Part shown: piece by piece, positions 10,369 to 19,437 of the stretch
Position numbering within the stretch: position 1 is the first letter of the stretch
Layout of the letters: every line of letters begins with the position of its first letter
Assembly (NCBI GenBank): GCA_020697715.1
Contig: JAEHCO010000002.1
Coordinates: 96,001-160,000, forward strand
Source: Methanobacteriota archaeon
Lineage (GTDB): Archaea; Thermoplasmatota; Thermoplasmata; SG8-5; JAGLSY01
DNA: 64,000 bases
Direction: 5' to 3'
Notes under the pieces: generated by a model
Databases searched by the model: none
What the model was told of the DNA's origin: nothing
The model's input: only the letters and a program-made list of their open reading frames with translations
Program-made: the position numbers and the translations under genes

Positions 10369-13257
10369 TTATTCAACATAAATAGCTGGCTTGAATGGGA
10401 ATGCCCCGCCTTTCTTGTTCTGCGGGTCATAGATATCATCGCTGTCAGCCTGGAAGGCCATTATCTCGCATTTGAACTCGCGAGATAGGAAGCCAGATGC
10501 TGAGCACAGCACGGCCGACTCATCAAATCCCTCTGTTATCTTCTTCTTATCGCTATCACTGAACTTGCTGGCATCCTTCATTATTCGTCCAGCAAAGGCA
10601 CTCGCTTCTTTTGACCTCTGTTTCATATCAGGGTCAGCCATGGCGCTTTTCATCAACTGGCCCATGTCTATTCTACCATTCTGGAGGATGTCAAGGCCCA
10701 TTTTGAAGAGGGACTTTTTCCATGTCGGGGCGGTGTATAGGCATATACGGTTTGGTGTCATGCCAGTCATTTTCAAAATGCCAGATATATCAGATTGCAG
10801 GGCGCGAACATAATCCTCGCCCATCAGTACTCCTTCATCCATCTCGAACTCACTCTCATTAGGGAAGCTGGCTATCGACACAAGGTCGTTGTTTCCAAGC
10901 ATCTCCCACAGCTCCTCGCCCATATGTGGTGTGAAAGGTGCCATGAGGCGTGTCCAGGCTCCCAGAACTTTCCTTATCAGTTCTGGATTATTTCCTCCAC
11001 GCCTCGTGTACCATTTCATATCAGCCATGATCTCGAAGAATATACGATTGGATGCTTCTCTCAGCTCGAACTTGTCAAGTGCGGTTCTCGCATAATTGAT
11101 ATTGCTGGCCATTCGCGAGCTCAGCCAGGAGTCGAGGTATTCATCAGGTTCGCCCTCGACACCCATCAGCTCATTGGCCAGGTTCCAGACGCGGTCCATC
11201 CTCTGCCTGCTATTGTGGACATTTGCCTCGTCCCACTCCACATCGACAAAAGGATTGGCGATATGCGAATAGTAAAGCCGCATTCCATCCACCGTGAACT
11301 TGCTGGCTGCATCCGGGATCGGCTCGGCCCCTCCCTTAGACTTGCTCATCTTCCCACTCTTGCCGGATATCCACCAGTTGACGAGAATTCCCTGTGGCCA
11401 GTGTTTTTCCGGCATGATGGCCGCATGGTTCATCAGGAATAATGGGAAGTGCACGGTCATGTGCTCCTTGCCGCCCAGATTGAAGTCCAGGGGATACCAG
11501 TATTCGAAATCACCGCGCACCCTGTTCAGGGTCTCGATTGATATGCCAGTGTCATTTGACACACTGGCATCTTCTCCTTTTCCAAGGAAAACGAAATTGA
11601 AGAAAGTGTCATCCAGCTGATCTTCTTTAATTTGGCCATTATTAATATAAGGCGTTATTATATAAAAAGCAGAATATAATGTAGAATCTGATATTGGCTC
11701 GATTATCCAGCGGTCGTCCATTGGCAGGCGTGTACCCAGCCAATTTCCAAGTCTGGCGCATGCCCTTTCCTTGAACCAATCAAGAGCGCCAGGCATATTG
11801 TCCTTGTATTCCTGGGGCATGATGTTCATCTTGGGGACAAAAGCCTTCGCGGCCTCTGTGACTTCTTCATTGCCATAATCGATGAACCACTGGTCTGGTA
11901 TCTTCTTCATGATCACCTTCTCACCGCACCGGCAGATGACTGGCTCAGAAAGATCGTGCATGATATCGGCAACGCCGATGTCCAACATCATTTCTTTAAC
12001 TTGATCCTTGGCAACACTGACCGTCAAGCCAGCGTATTCTCCGCAGATCTCGCGCATGATGCCAGTGTGGAATCCTGCTTTGTAGATCTCTTTGGTCGCT
12101 TCCTCAAGTCTAGGATCGTTCTGGTCTGTTATCCCCATCTTTTCCACTATCTCAACACCTGGATTGTCGCCGTAACCCTTGGACTTGATTATCGGAATAG
12201 GTTCGATGGCCTTGACCATGGCATTGTCGATCCCGAACTTCTTGCAAGTATCTGGATCATTCTTCAGGTCCACCAGGGCGATCCAATCATAAGGCGCGTC
12301 CGAAGGCACGCTCGTTACAAGGCCAGTCCCATAATCCGGGTCTGTGAATGAAGATGGAAGAATAGGAATATCACGCTCGATAACTGGAGCCGTCACTATC
12401 TTGCCGATGATCTCGGATGCTGGAACCTTGCAAATTATCTCGACATCATCCTTCTGGAAGCTCAGCTTCTCCGCTCCCTGCGGGCTGACGATCCAGGTTT
12501 CCCCATCCACCCTGGCCTTGACATATTCAACATCTGGGTTGGCCCAGAAGTTGGTCTGGCCGTAAACTGTTTCCGGCCTGAGTGTGGCAGCCACCACGAA
12601 CTCATCCCCCATCTTGAACTTCAGAAGCGTCCATTCCTGCTTCTCAGCACCGCCTCCTTGTGAGATATCTGTCTCGGAAGCATCGACCGCAACGGGTCCG
12701 CAATTCAAACATGCGGAGCCGAAATATGGCTTCTGGATAAGCATGCCAGCCTTGTCCAGTTTCCTGAACTGCCATTGGATGAATTTCTGGTATCCAGGGT
12801 CGATGGTCGTAGTAAAACAATCATAAGTCGCGAGGAATCCGAACTTCTTCCAGTAATCGTCAATGTATATCTGGCTGAAGAATTTGACCACCTCGAGAGG
12901 GTCTTTCAATCTCTCGATGTCGTCGTCATTGCATCCATTGTCCTTCAGCATCTCGATATGCCCCGGGATCTGCCTTTCGATCTTTCTGGAAAAGGCTGGT
13001 GCGATATTACCACTGGGGTGGGCGCCAACTGGAAAGAGCACATTGTAGCCGTCCATGCGCTTGTACCTGGTTATCACATCCGAGTAGGTGTAGCCACGCA
13101 TATGGCCCACATGCAGGTATCCGGACATTCCAGGGTATGCGAACATCAGGAAGAACTTCTTCTGATCTGGCTTTGGCTGGGGGTGGCATATGTCTGAATC
13201 AAACCACTTCTTCTGCCATTTTGCCTCCACTTCGGAAGCAATGTATTCTCTTTCCAT
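10369..13257 (-). CDS. leuS: Leucine--tRNA ligase (archaeal type)
   Basis: HVGH (HIGH) and KMSKS motifs, ATLRPET, GTGLVTSVPSDAPYD editing domain, C-terminal PFKPAIYVE. Confidence 0.97.
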   Translation of the reverse strand: MEREYIASEVEAKWQKKWFDSDICHPQPKPDQKKFFLMFAYPGMSGYLHVGHMRGYTYSDVITRYKRMDGYNVLFPVGAHPSGNIAPAFSRKIERQIPGHIEMLKDNGCNDDDIERLKDPLEVVKFFSQIYIDDYWKKFGFLATYDCFTTTIDPGYQKFIQWQFRKLDKAGMLIQKPYFGSACLNCGPVAVDASETDISQGGGAEKQEWTLLKFKMGDEFVVAATLRPETVYGQTNFWANPDVEYVKARVDGETWIVSPQGAEKLSFQKDDVEIICKVPASEIIGKIVTAPVIERDIPILPSSFTDPDYGTGLVTSVPSDAPYDWIALVDLKNDPDTCKKFGIDNAMVKAIEPIPIIKSKGYGDNPGVEIVEKMGITDQNDPRLEEATKEIYKAGFHTGIMREICGEYAGLTVSVAKDQVKEMMLDIGVADIMHDLSEPVICRCGEKVIMKKIPDQWFIDYGNEEVTEAAKAFVPKMNIMPQEYKDNMPGALDWFKERACARLGNWLGTRLPMDDRWIIEPISDSTLYSAFYIITPYINNGQIKEDQLDDTFFNFVFLGKGEDASVSNDTGISIETLNRVRGDFEYWYPLDFNLGGKEHMTVHFPLFLMNHAAIMPEKHWPQGILVNWWISGKSGKMSKSKGGAEPIPDAASKFTVDGMRLYYSHIANPFVDVEWDEANVHNSRQRMDRVWNLANELMGVEGEPDEYLDSWLSSRMASNINYARTALDKFELREASNRIFFEIMADMKWYTRRGGNNPELIRKVLGAWTRLMAPFTPHMGEELWEMLGNNDLVSIASFPNESEFEMDEGVLMGEDYVRALQSDISGILKMTGMTPNRICLYTAPTWKKSLFKMGLDILQNGRIDMGQLMKSAMADPDMKQRSKEASAFAGRIMKDASKFSDSDKKKITEGFDESAVLCSASGFLSREFKCEIMAFQADSDDIYDPQNKKGGAFPFKPAIYVE

Positions 13258-13341
13258 CAGAACAGGAGAAATGGAAGTTGCTAAAAAAAGGTTGCTATCG
13301 TAAGATTATTAAGGATAGTTGACAATATTGTATATGATAAT

Positions 13342-13650
13342 ATGGCGAAAAAAGAAGACACCCAGCAGGAATTGATAGTTCTGAAAAACGATGCGGAGTT
13401 CATCCTCTCATGCCTCGAACCCTTTAAAGAAGGCTTCGTATCTGGCTACTCCTGGGGCAGGCTCCCACGCGAGAATATGAAGAAGATCGTCATGCTCTAC
13501 AATGACATACTGGTCAAGGCGCAGAAATTACTGAAATCCGAGAAGACCATACAGGGTTTGGAAAAGGTTGACATCGAGGATTTCAATGAATTTGATCTGT
13601 TGATAAATGTGGCCATACTCCATAACCATATTTTCATCATTGATCCATAG
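13342..13650 (+). CDS. Hypothetical protein (102 aa)
   Basis: ATG ORF divergent from leuS with an AT-rich promoter and helical composition. No family recognised. Confidence 0.65.
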   Translation: MAKKEDTQQELIVLKNDAEFILSCLEPFKEGFVSGYSWGRLPRENMKKIVMLYNDILVKAQKLLKSEKTIQGLEKVDIEDFNEFDLLINVAILHNHIFIIDP

Positions 13651-13668
13651 GGTACAAGAGCATTTTAC

Positions 13669-13809
13669 ATTCAAGCATGCCCCGTCTGAATGACAGCATC
13701 CTGTCATCTGGAGGGCGGGGTACTCTCAGTATTTTCCCAGTGAGTGACAGTTGCGATGTGCCAGTAGGAAGATAAACTCCTCGCTTTCAAAGGCGAGGAG
13801 TCAATTCAA
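13669..13809 (+). mobile_element. Candidate non-autonomous IS200/IS605-family miniature element (PATE), ~141 bp
   Basis: Preceded by TTAC (13665-13668). Left subterminal hairpin tgccccgtc...ggcggggta (13678-13722). Right hairpin actcctcgc-tttcaaag-gcgaggagt (13776-13801), ending TCAATTCAA. Confidence 0.55.
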
Positions 13810-13897
13810 ACCCCGGTTGGAGTCTTTATTTGCGTAAATTTCGCAAATAATTAGTTCGAGACGCAAAGCGATTCGAACTAAGAACGATGGCCGGGGT
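13810..13897. repeat. Three-way-junction palindromic element between convergent genes
   Basis: Outer stem accccgg/ccggggt encloses ttatttgcg/cgcaaataa (13826-13850) and ttagttcga/tcgaactaa (13851-13881). Confidence 0.55.
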
Positions 13898-13928
13898 CCT
13901 TATCCACACCCAGCTTAATAGCCCAATT

Positions 13929-15470
13929 CTATTTCTTCACCTGGTAGATAACATCAATAACAGTGCCATCCCTGTACGCGATAATGGCAACAACCCGATC
14001 AGTGTAATTTGGCTCGGGTGCTTTTCCTCCGGCTTTCTGCTCCGCTATCTTGGCCAGGTCCTGAATGTCGATAACATTCAGGTTTGCTTCCTTCGCCATC
14101 TCGATCATGTCATCCCGTAGAGGATTTATCGCGATGCCAGCTTCCGTAACTATTGCATCGATCGTTTCTCCGGGAGTTGTCACATTGGTAACTCGCTCCA
14201 TCACTATCGGGTTGGTCTTTCGATGGGTTGGGCAGGTTATGATCGTCATCTTGGAGCCAGCGGCGACGTCCTGGTGGCCGCCAATTCCATGCAGCAGATA
14301 TCCGTCTGAATGGGTGTTCACATTGACATTGAAGTCGATGTCAACTTCTGTCGCGCCCAAGAAAGCCAAGTCCACCATATTGACGAGCTGGCCTCGATTG
14401 AAGGGGTTGGCATAAAAGTCAGGCTCAATTTCATGATGTTTTGGATTGCTGTTCAATGACTGGATACTGGGTATGTCAAAGCTCTGTGTGTCCAGTATCT
14501 TCTCGATGAGCCCCTCTTCCAGCATCTTGACGATGTGACCGGTTATTCCGCCGTGGGCGAAACCGGCCTTGATATTCTTCTTCTTCATCTTTTCTCTGAT
14601 AAAATCTAGGGCGGCCAGTGATATTCCTCCGGCTCCTGCCTGGAATGAAAAACCATTCTTGATAACACCGCAAGCGTCCGCGAGTTCCACGGTCTGGCGT
14701 GCGATATCCAGACGCATTGGATCTGTTGTCGGTTGCATGGTGCCAGTGGCGATACCCGCTGGATCTCCAATGGAATCAACTTTAACAACCCAATCAACAT
14801 AAACTTGAGAAATCACCGGGGGCATGACCGGATATGGCTGAATATTATCCGTGACGACAACTGTATTCTTCGCGTATCGGGAGTCGGCCAGTGCATAGCC
14901 CAAAGGCCCACAAGCGGACTTTCCTTCGCGACCATTCGCATTGCCGTATGCATCGGCAATGGGAGCCCCGACGAAGGCCGTGTCTATCTTCAGCGCGCCT
15001 ATGTGGATGGCGCGGACACGACTGCCATGTGATCGGAGAACCGCGAGGTCGTGCATCTTTCCTTCGGAGACCGTCCTGCCCACCGGGCCGTTCATACTGC
15101 CCTCGATGGACGATATGGTGCCGTTCTCTATCATCTTCACTATGGGTTCATGTACGGAGAATAACGCGCTCTGTGCCAGTTTAAGGCCCTTTAAACCGCG
15201 TTTTTGGGCTACATCCATCACCATGTTGATGACATGGTCGCCGTTCCTCAGGTGATGGTGGAAGGATAAGCATGCGCCGTGGGTGATGCCGCATTTGTCA
15301 AATGAATCGTCTATGCTGGCTACCATTTTATCCGGTGCATAGCTGGTGGGTTTCAAAGGCAGGGGGACCTTCCAGCCCCTGGCGTGTCTCTCAAAAGCCC
15401 CTTTGTAAGGTACAAGATGTCTTCCTCCGACTATCGATGGTATCTCCCGGCCTACTGCATTGACTGGCAT
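13929..15470 (-). CDS. citF: Citrate lyase alpha subunit / citrate CoA-transferase (CitF family), copy 2
   Basis: MPVNAVGREIP start after GGGGGTGA, SFHHHLRNGD, RSHGSR, CGPLGYA, FQAGAGG, ATEVDIDFNVNV, GGHQD, TTPGETIDAIVTE, YRDGTVID (513 aa). Confidence 0.9.
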   Translation of the reverse strand: MPVNAVGREIPSIVGGRHLVPYKGAFERHARGWKVPLPLKPTSYAPDKMVASIDDSFDKCGITHGACLSFHHHLRNGDHVINMVMDVAQKRGLKGLKLAQSALFSVHEPIVKMIENGTISSIEGSMNGPVGRTVSEGKMHDLAVLRSHGSRVRAIHIGALKIDTAFVGAPIADAYGNANGREGKSACGPLGYALADSRYAKNTVVVTDNIQPYPVMPPVISQVYVDWVVKVDSIGDPAGIATGTMQPTTDPMRLDIARQTVELADACGVIKNGFSFQAGAGGISLAALDFIREKMKKKNIKAGFAHGGITGHIVKMLEEGLIEKILDTQSFDIPSIQSLNSNPKHHEIEPDFYANPFNRGQLVNMVDLAFLGATEVDIDFNVNVNTHSDGYLLHGIGGHQDVAAGSKMTIITCPTHRKTNPIVMERVTNVTTPGETIDAIVTEAGIAINPLRDDMIEMAKEANLNVIDIQDLAKIAEQKAGGKAPEPNYTDRVVAIIAYRDGTVIDVIYQVKK

Positions 15471-15678
15471 TCTTTTTTCACCCCCACTTTTTTCTTTACC
15501 CTCGCTGTGCTGGGCCGGGCTCCAAAGAAAAAAGACGGACAAAATAAGAAACTCGCCCGACCCTGCTCGCTCGGGAATTGCCAATTGTCAATCGCCCTAA
15601 CATGGAGAGCCCGTTCGCTTCCTTCATTGGATGAAATTGATGTGTTACTTGAGATATAGGTCATGTCATTGCCTCTGG

Positions 15679-16476
15679 TTACCTATATTCTTCTGGCAGA
15701 TCGCGCTCATCTGGCCCATCATATTCATGCTCTGACGAGTACATCTTGCGCATGGCTCTTTCCCTCGTCATCTCCTCATATGCCTGTGCGACCAAGCCAG
15801 CAGTTCTTCCCATCAGGAAAAAAGCCTTGCCAAGACGGTGATCGAAGCCCATATCGGACATCACCGCGGCAATTGCCCCGTCCACATTTATGGGAAGATG
15901 CTTGCCAGTTTGCTCCTTCAGCTCCTTCTCGATGCACCTGGACAGTTCAACATGCTGTCCAGCTATGCCCGTTTCGTCGGCAAGCGCGAACAGCTTTCCG
16001 GTCCTTGGATCCGCCGTGTGCACCCTGTGTCCGAAGCCTGGCAACCTTTTCTTCTTCTCGCGGGATTCGGCGACGATAAGCCTGGCCACTTCTGGTACGG
16101 CCAGGTCCTCTCCCTTCGCCCTGATGACGCCTTCCTGAAGAAGGAGCGCGCCTTTCTCGATAGCTCCACCGTGAACATCGCCAACTGCCATGATTCCAGC
16201 TGCCACAGCTGTTGGAAGCGGAACACCAGATGAGGCGACAGTTCGCGCCGCCCTTGCTGAAGGCGGCGTTATCCCGTGATCGATGGATGATGTGAGTATG
16301 GCATCCATCATCTTTCCCTCATTGATGGTGGGCATCCTGCCACTCAATATCAGAAATACATTGTGGGAAAAGGGCACATTGCCGATAAGGTCCTCCTGGC
16401 GGTATCCTCGGGTCACCAGACTATTTGGCTCTGCTTTAGTTATGCCAGTCTTCCAAACAGGAGCATCCTCGGACAT
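15679..16476 (-). CDS. ccl: Citryl-CoA lyase (citrate-synthase fold, Ccl-like)
   Basis: WKTGIT...RGY, IDHG, HGGA, PGFGHRVH..DPR, INVDGAIAA, GRTAGLVAQ. 265 aa, the size of Ccl rather than a full citrate synthase. Confidence 0.85.
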   Translation of the reverse strand: MSEDAPVWKTGITKAEPNSLVTRGYRQEDLIGNVPFSHNVFLILSGRMPTINEGKMMDAILTSSIDHGITPPSARAARTVASSGVPLPTAVAAGIMAVGDVHGGAIEKGALLLQEGVIRAKGEDLAVPEVARLIVAESREKKKRLPGFGHRVHTADPRTGKLFALADETGIAGQHVELSRCIEKELKEQTGKHLPINVDGAIAAVMSDMGFDHRLGKAFFLMGRTAGLVAQAYEEMTRERAMRKMYSSEHEYDGPDERDLPEEYR

Positions 16477-16481
16477 TGGGC

Positions 16482-18023
16482 TCAGCCCTCCCTCTTGACC
16501 TCTCGGACAACGTCGGTCACGGTCCCGTCCCTGAACTTGATCACGCCAACGAACTTATCAGTATATTCCAGTGGCTCCGGCGCTCCAGTGATATCATAGG
16601 CCATGTCCCGCAATGCCTCAATAGGCTTTGGATCGAACTCTGCCAGGAGCTTCCAAAGGTCCTGCCTTTTCGGATTTATCGTAATTCCCTGGTCAGTGGC
16701 TATCACATCCACGCATTCGCCAGGTGTCGTTACAGTTGTCACCGAATCCCTCACAATGGGATTCGTCTTCCTGGTTATCGGGGTTGTTATGAAAGTGACT
16801 TTGGAACCTGCGGCGGCGTCTGGGTGGCCGCCACTTCCATGAAGAAGCAGTCCATCCGAGTGCGTATTCACATTCACATTGAAGTCCACATCCACCTCGG
16901 TGGCTCCCAGGAAACAAGCGTCCTGCTGATGGGTGATGCAACCCCTGGAATGTGGATTTCCAAAGTGATAATGCGATACCTCGACATGATCTGGATCATT
17001 GAGAAGTGAATCAATGGCCGGGATATCAAATGCCTGGGCATCCAGTATCTTTCTGAGCGTGCCTTCGTGAAGCATATCCACCACCTGGCCGGTTATCCCG
17101 CCCATGGCGAAACTGCCCACGACACCCTTCTCCAACATCCTCTCATGCAGGAATTTGACGACTGCCAGTGACATCCCACCGGCTCCCGCCTGGAAGGAGA
17201 AACCATCTTCCAGCTGGCCGATGGCGTCCATGGCATCCACCACTTGCTGTGCGATCCTCAATCGCACCGGATCTTCTGTGATCTTCATCGTGCCAGTGGC
17301 GATCCCCTTTGGGTCTCCGATATTGTCCACATTGACCACATAATTCACCCTGTGCTCGGGTATGCTTATCGGAGTGCATGGGTATGGTTGAAGGTTATCC
17401 GTGATTATCACAACGCGCTCGGCGAACCAGGAGTCCGCTATTGCGAATCCCATTGGGCCGAACTTCGATTCACCCAGCACACCATTGCAGTTACCTGAAT
17501 CATCAGATGCGGAGGCTGCGAGGAAGGCGACGTCAATGTGCATATTGCCTCTTTCCAGATCAAGAGTTCTTGCACCATGTGTCCGGATAACAACTGGTTC
17601 CTTGCAAGGATTTTCTGAAATATATTTTCCGAGGGGGCCGTTCAGATTCCCCTCAAAGCTGGTGACCACACCATTCTTGATGTGCTCGATCAGTGCCTCT
17701 GTGTGAATTGCAAAAACAGATGAATGGCGCATTCCAATATCCTTGATGCCCTTCTTGGCGATCTCATCCAGCACCATGGCGACGACATAGTCCCCATTCC
17801 TCAGGTGATGGTGGAATGAAATGTTCATACCGCTCTTCAGGCCAGACTTGTCAATTGCTTCCGATATGGATGACAGGAGCTTTTTCTTGCCTGGATTGTG
17901 AGACCATATATTCTTGGATATGGTATTGCCTCTTGGTGGAGTGGCGAATGCCCCTCTGAAAGGCTCTAATTCAATACTGGCTATCTTCTCAGGGATCTCC
18001 CTGCCAACTGCATTCATTACCAT
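16482..18023 (-). CDS. citF: Citrate lyase alpha subunit / citrate CoA-transferase (CitF family), copy 1
   Basis: MNAVGREIP, SFHHHLRNGD, RTHGAR, FQAGAGG, ATEVDVDFNVNV, GGHPD, TTPGECVDVIATD, FRDGTVTD. Confidence 0.9.
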   Translation of the reverse strand: MVMNAVGREIPEKIASIELEPFRGAFATPPRGNTISKNIWSHNPGKKKLLSSISEAIDKSGLKSGMNISFHHHLRNGDYVVAMVLDEIAKKGIKDIGMRHSSVFAIHTEALIEHIKNGVVTSFEGNLNGPLGKYISENPCKEPVVIRTHGARTLDLERGNMHIDVAFLAASASDDSGNCNGVLGESKFGPMGFAIADSWFAERVVIITDNLQPYPCTPISIPEHRVNYVVNVDNIGDPKGIATGTMKITEDPVRLRIAQQVVDAMDAIGQLEDGFSFQAGAGGMSLAVVKFLHERMLEKGVVGSFAMGGITGQVVDMLHEGTLRKILDAQAFDIPAIDSLLNDPDHVEVSHYHFGNPHSRGCITHQQDACFLGATEVDVDFNVNVNTHSDGLLLHGSGGHPDAAAGSKVTFITTPITRKTNPIVRDSVTTVTTPGECVDVIATDQGITINPKRQDLWKLLAEFDPKPIEALRDMAYDITGAPEPLEYTDKFVGVIKFRDGTVTDVVREVKREG

Positions 18024-18170
18024 TTTTCGACACCTCGATCAATCCGCTTACTCATACTACGTATGCGGGCTGAAGAAGGCTAATGTTGAATCATATAATT
18101 AAAGGTAGTGTAGAATCATAATTGGGGAATCATTAAATAACCCACGAGTGGATTCAGTGCTGGTGATCTG

Positions 18171-19388
18171 ATAAGCGACCTATCCTCTCTGGTAGTTGCC
18201 GCCATTCTGGCATTCGCCGCACCTCTTATTTGTGAAAGGCTGAAAATACCCATTGTAGTTGGGGAGATAATCTTCGGTCTGGCAGTAGGCCTTATAGCAT
18301 TCGCCGCCCTGGAATTCTACGATGTCAGTATTCTGGAATCTTCAGCTTCTCTCGAATTCCTGGCTCTTATCGGTTTCATATTCTTGATGTTCCTGGCCGG
18401 CCTGGAGATCGACTTCGAGATCCTTCAGGAACAGGGAATAAAATCCTTGATATACGCGATCGCGATATTCGGCGTCACTCTGGCCATATCTTATTTCATA
18501 GTCAGTGCCTTGAGCATATCCGAGGATCCCTTCTTCATGTCCCTGGTTCTCAGTACGACCTCCGTAGGCGTGGTATTGCCCACTCTGAGAGAAACCGGCC
18601 TTAGCAAGACGAAGGCCGGCCAGACAATAATTCTCTCGGCCATTGTGGCTGATTTCGCCACGATGATACTCCTGACATATTATGCGATCGGCATGACCAT
18701 CGATGTATCTGGCGCAGGAGCCATGATGCCTCTTATCTTCATCTTTTTCATCGTATCACTTTTCTTCTCCATCCACTTGGCTGGCAGGCTGGCCATATGG
18801 CACTTCCCCAATACCCTGGTCAAGTTCTTCTCGCAGGATGATGCCACCGAGATGGGTGTTCGGGCTTCCATTGCCATTCTTTTTATCTTCGTGGCCATGT
18901 CCCAGACCATTGGAGGAGAAGCATCCACCAGCATAGCGATCCTGGGAGCTTTCATGGCCGGCGCGGTGATATCATTCACCTTTACGAAACAGGCCATACT
19001 TGAAAAGAAATTATTCGGATTGGGCTTCGGATTCCTCATACCCTTTTTCTTCATCCATCTTGGTATCTCATTTGACTTCCACAGCATACTGGAAGGCACA
19101 GACCTGCTTGGACTGATGCTCGTGTTCCTGGCAATTGCCTTTGCAGTGAAGCTTATACCAGCTTTATTTTTACTACCCACCTTCAAGGCCCGCAATACAC
19201 TGGCTATCGGATTCCTGCTGGCATCCAGGCTCAGCTTGATAATAGCCGCAGCGGAGATAGGTCGTGAATTGGGCATAATTGACGAATCCATGAGAAGTGC
19301 TCTGATACTCGTGGGTATTACGACCAGTATCGTCTGCCCCATGTTGTTCAGGCGCATATACAAAACAGATCCGGAGGTGGTTTCCTGA
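18171..19388 (+). CDS. Kef-type (CPA2) cation:proton antiporter, membrane subunit; probable ATA start
   Basis: The frame extends upstream of the listed TTG with the typical N-terminus (RLKIPIVVGEIIFG...IGFIFLMFLAGLEID). Also LSTTSVGVV, ADFATM, GAFMAG and IPFFFI. Confidence 0.88.
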   Translation: MSDLSSLVVAAILAFAAPLICERLKIPIVVGEIIFGLAVGLIAFAALEFYDVSILESSASLEFLALIGFIFLMFLAGLEIDFEILQEQGIKSLIYAIAIFGVTLAISYFIVSALSISEDPFFMSLVLSTTSVGVVLPTLRETGLSKTKAGQTIILSAIVADFATMILLTYYAIGMTIDVSGAGAMMPLIFIFFIVSLFFSIHLAGRLAIWHFPNTLVKFFSQDDATEMGVRASIAILFIFVAMSQTIGGEASTSIAILGAFMAGAVISFTFTKQAILEKKLFGLGFGFLIPFFFIHLGISFDFHSILEGTDLLGLMLVFLAIAFAVKLIPALFLLPTFKARNTLAIGFLLASRLSLIIAAAEIGRELGIIDESMRSALILVGITTSIVCPMLFRRIYKTDPEVVS

Positions 19389-19437
19389 GATTAGACAAGG
19401 GGATGATCTCCATTAGTTCACTACGGGGGGTGAACTA

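Noticed and set aside
11625-11700. AT-rich patch inside leuS as an insertion or intron
   Set aside because: It is in frame and encodes the conserved SDSTLY region of archaeal LeuRS.
15452-15664. 70-aa ORF as the missing citD acyl carrier protein
   Set aside because: No CitD-like motif. It overlaps the citF start, and its FFF...KKK content arises from a palindromic intergenic sequence.
18680-19363. Long antisense or alternative-frame ORFs (also 10795-11442, 41876-42580, 47476-48027, 57325-57852 and many shorter ones)
   Set aside because: They are shadows of well-supported genes on the opposite strand, with no motifs or RBS.
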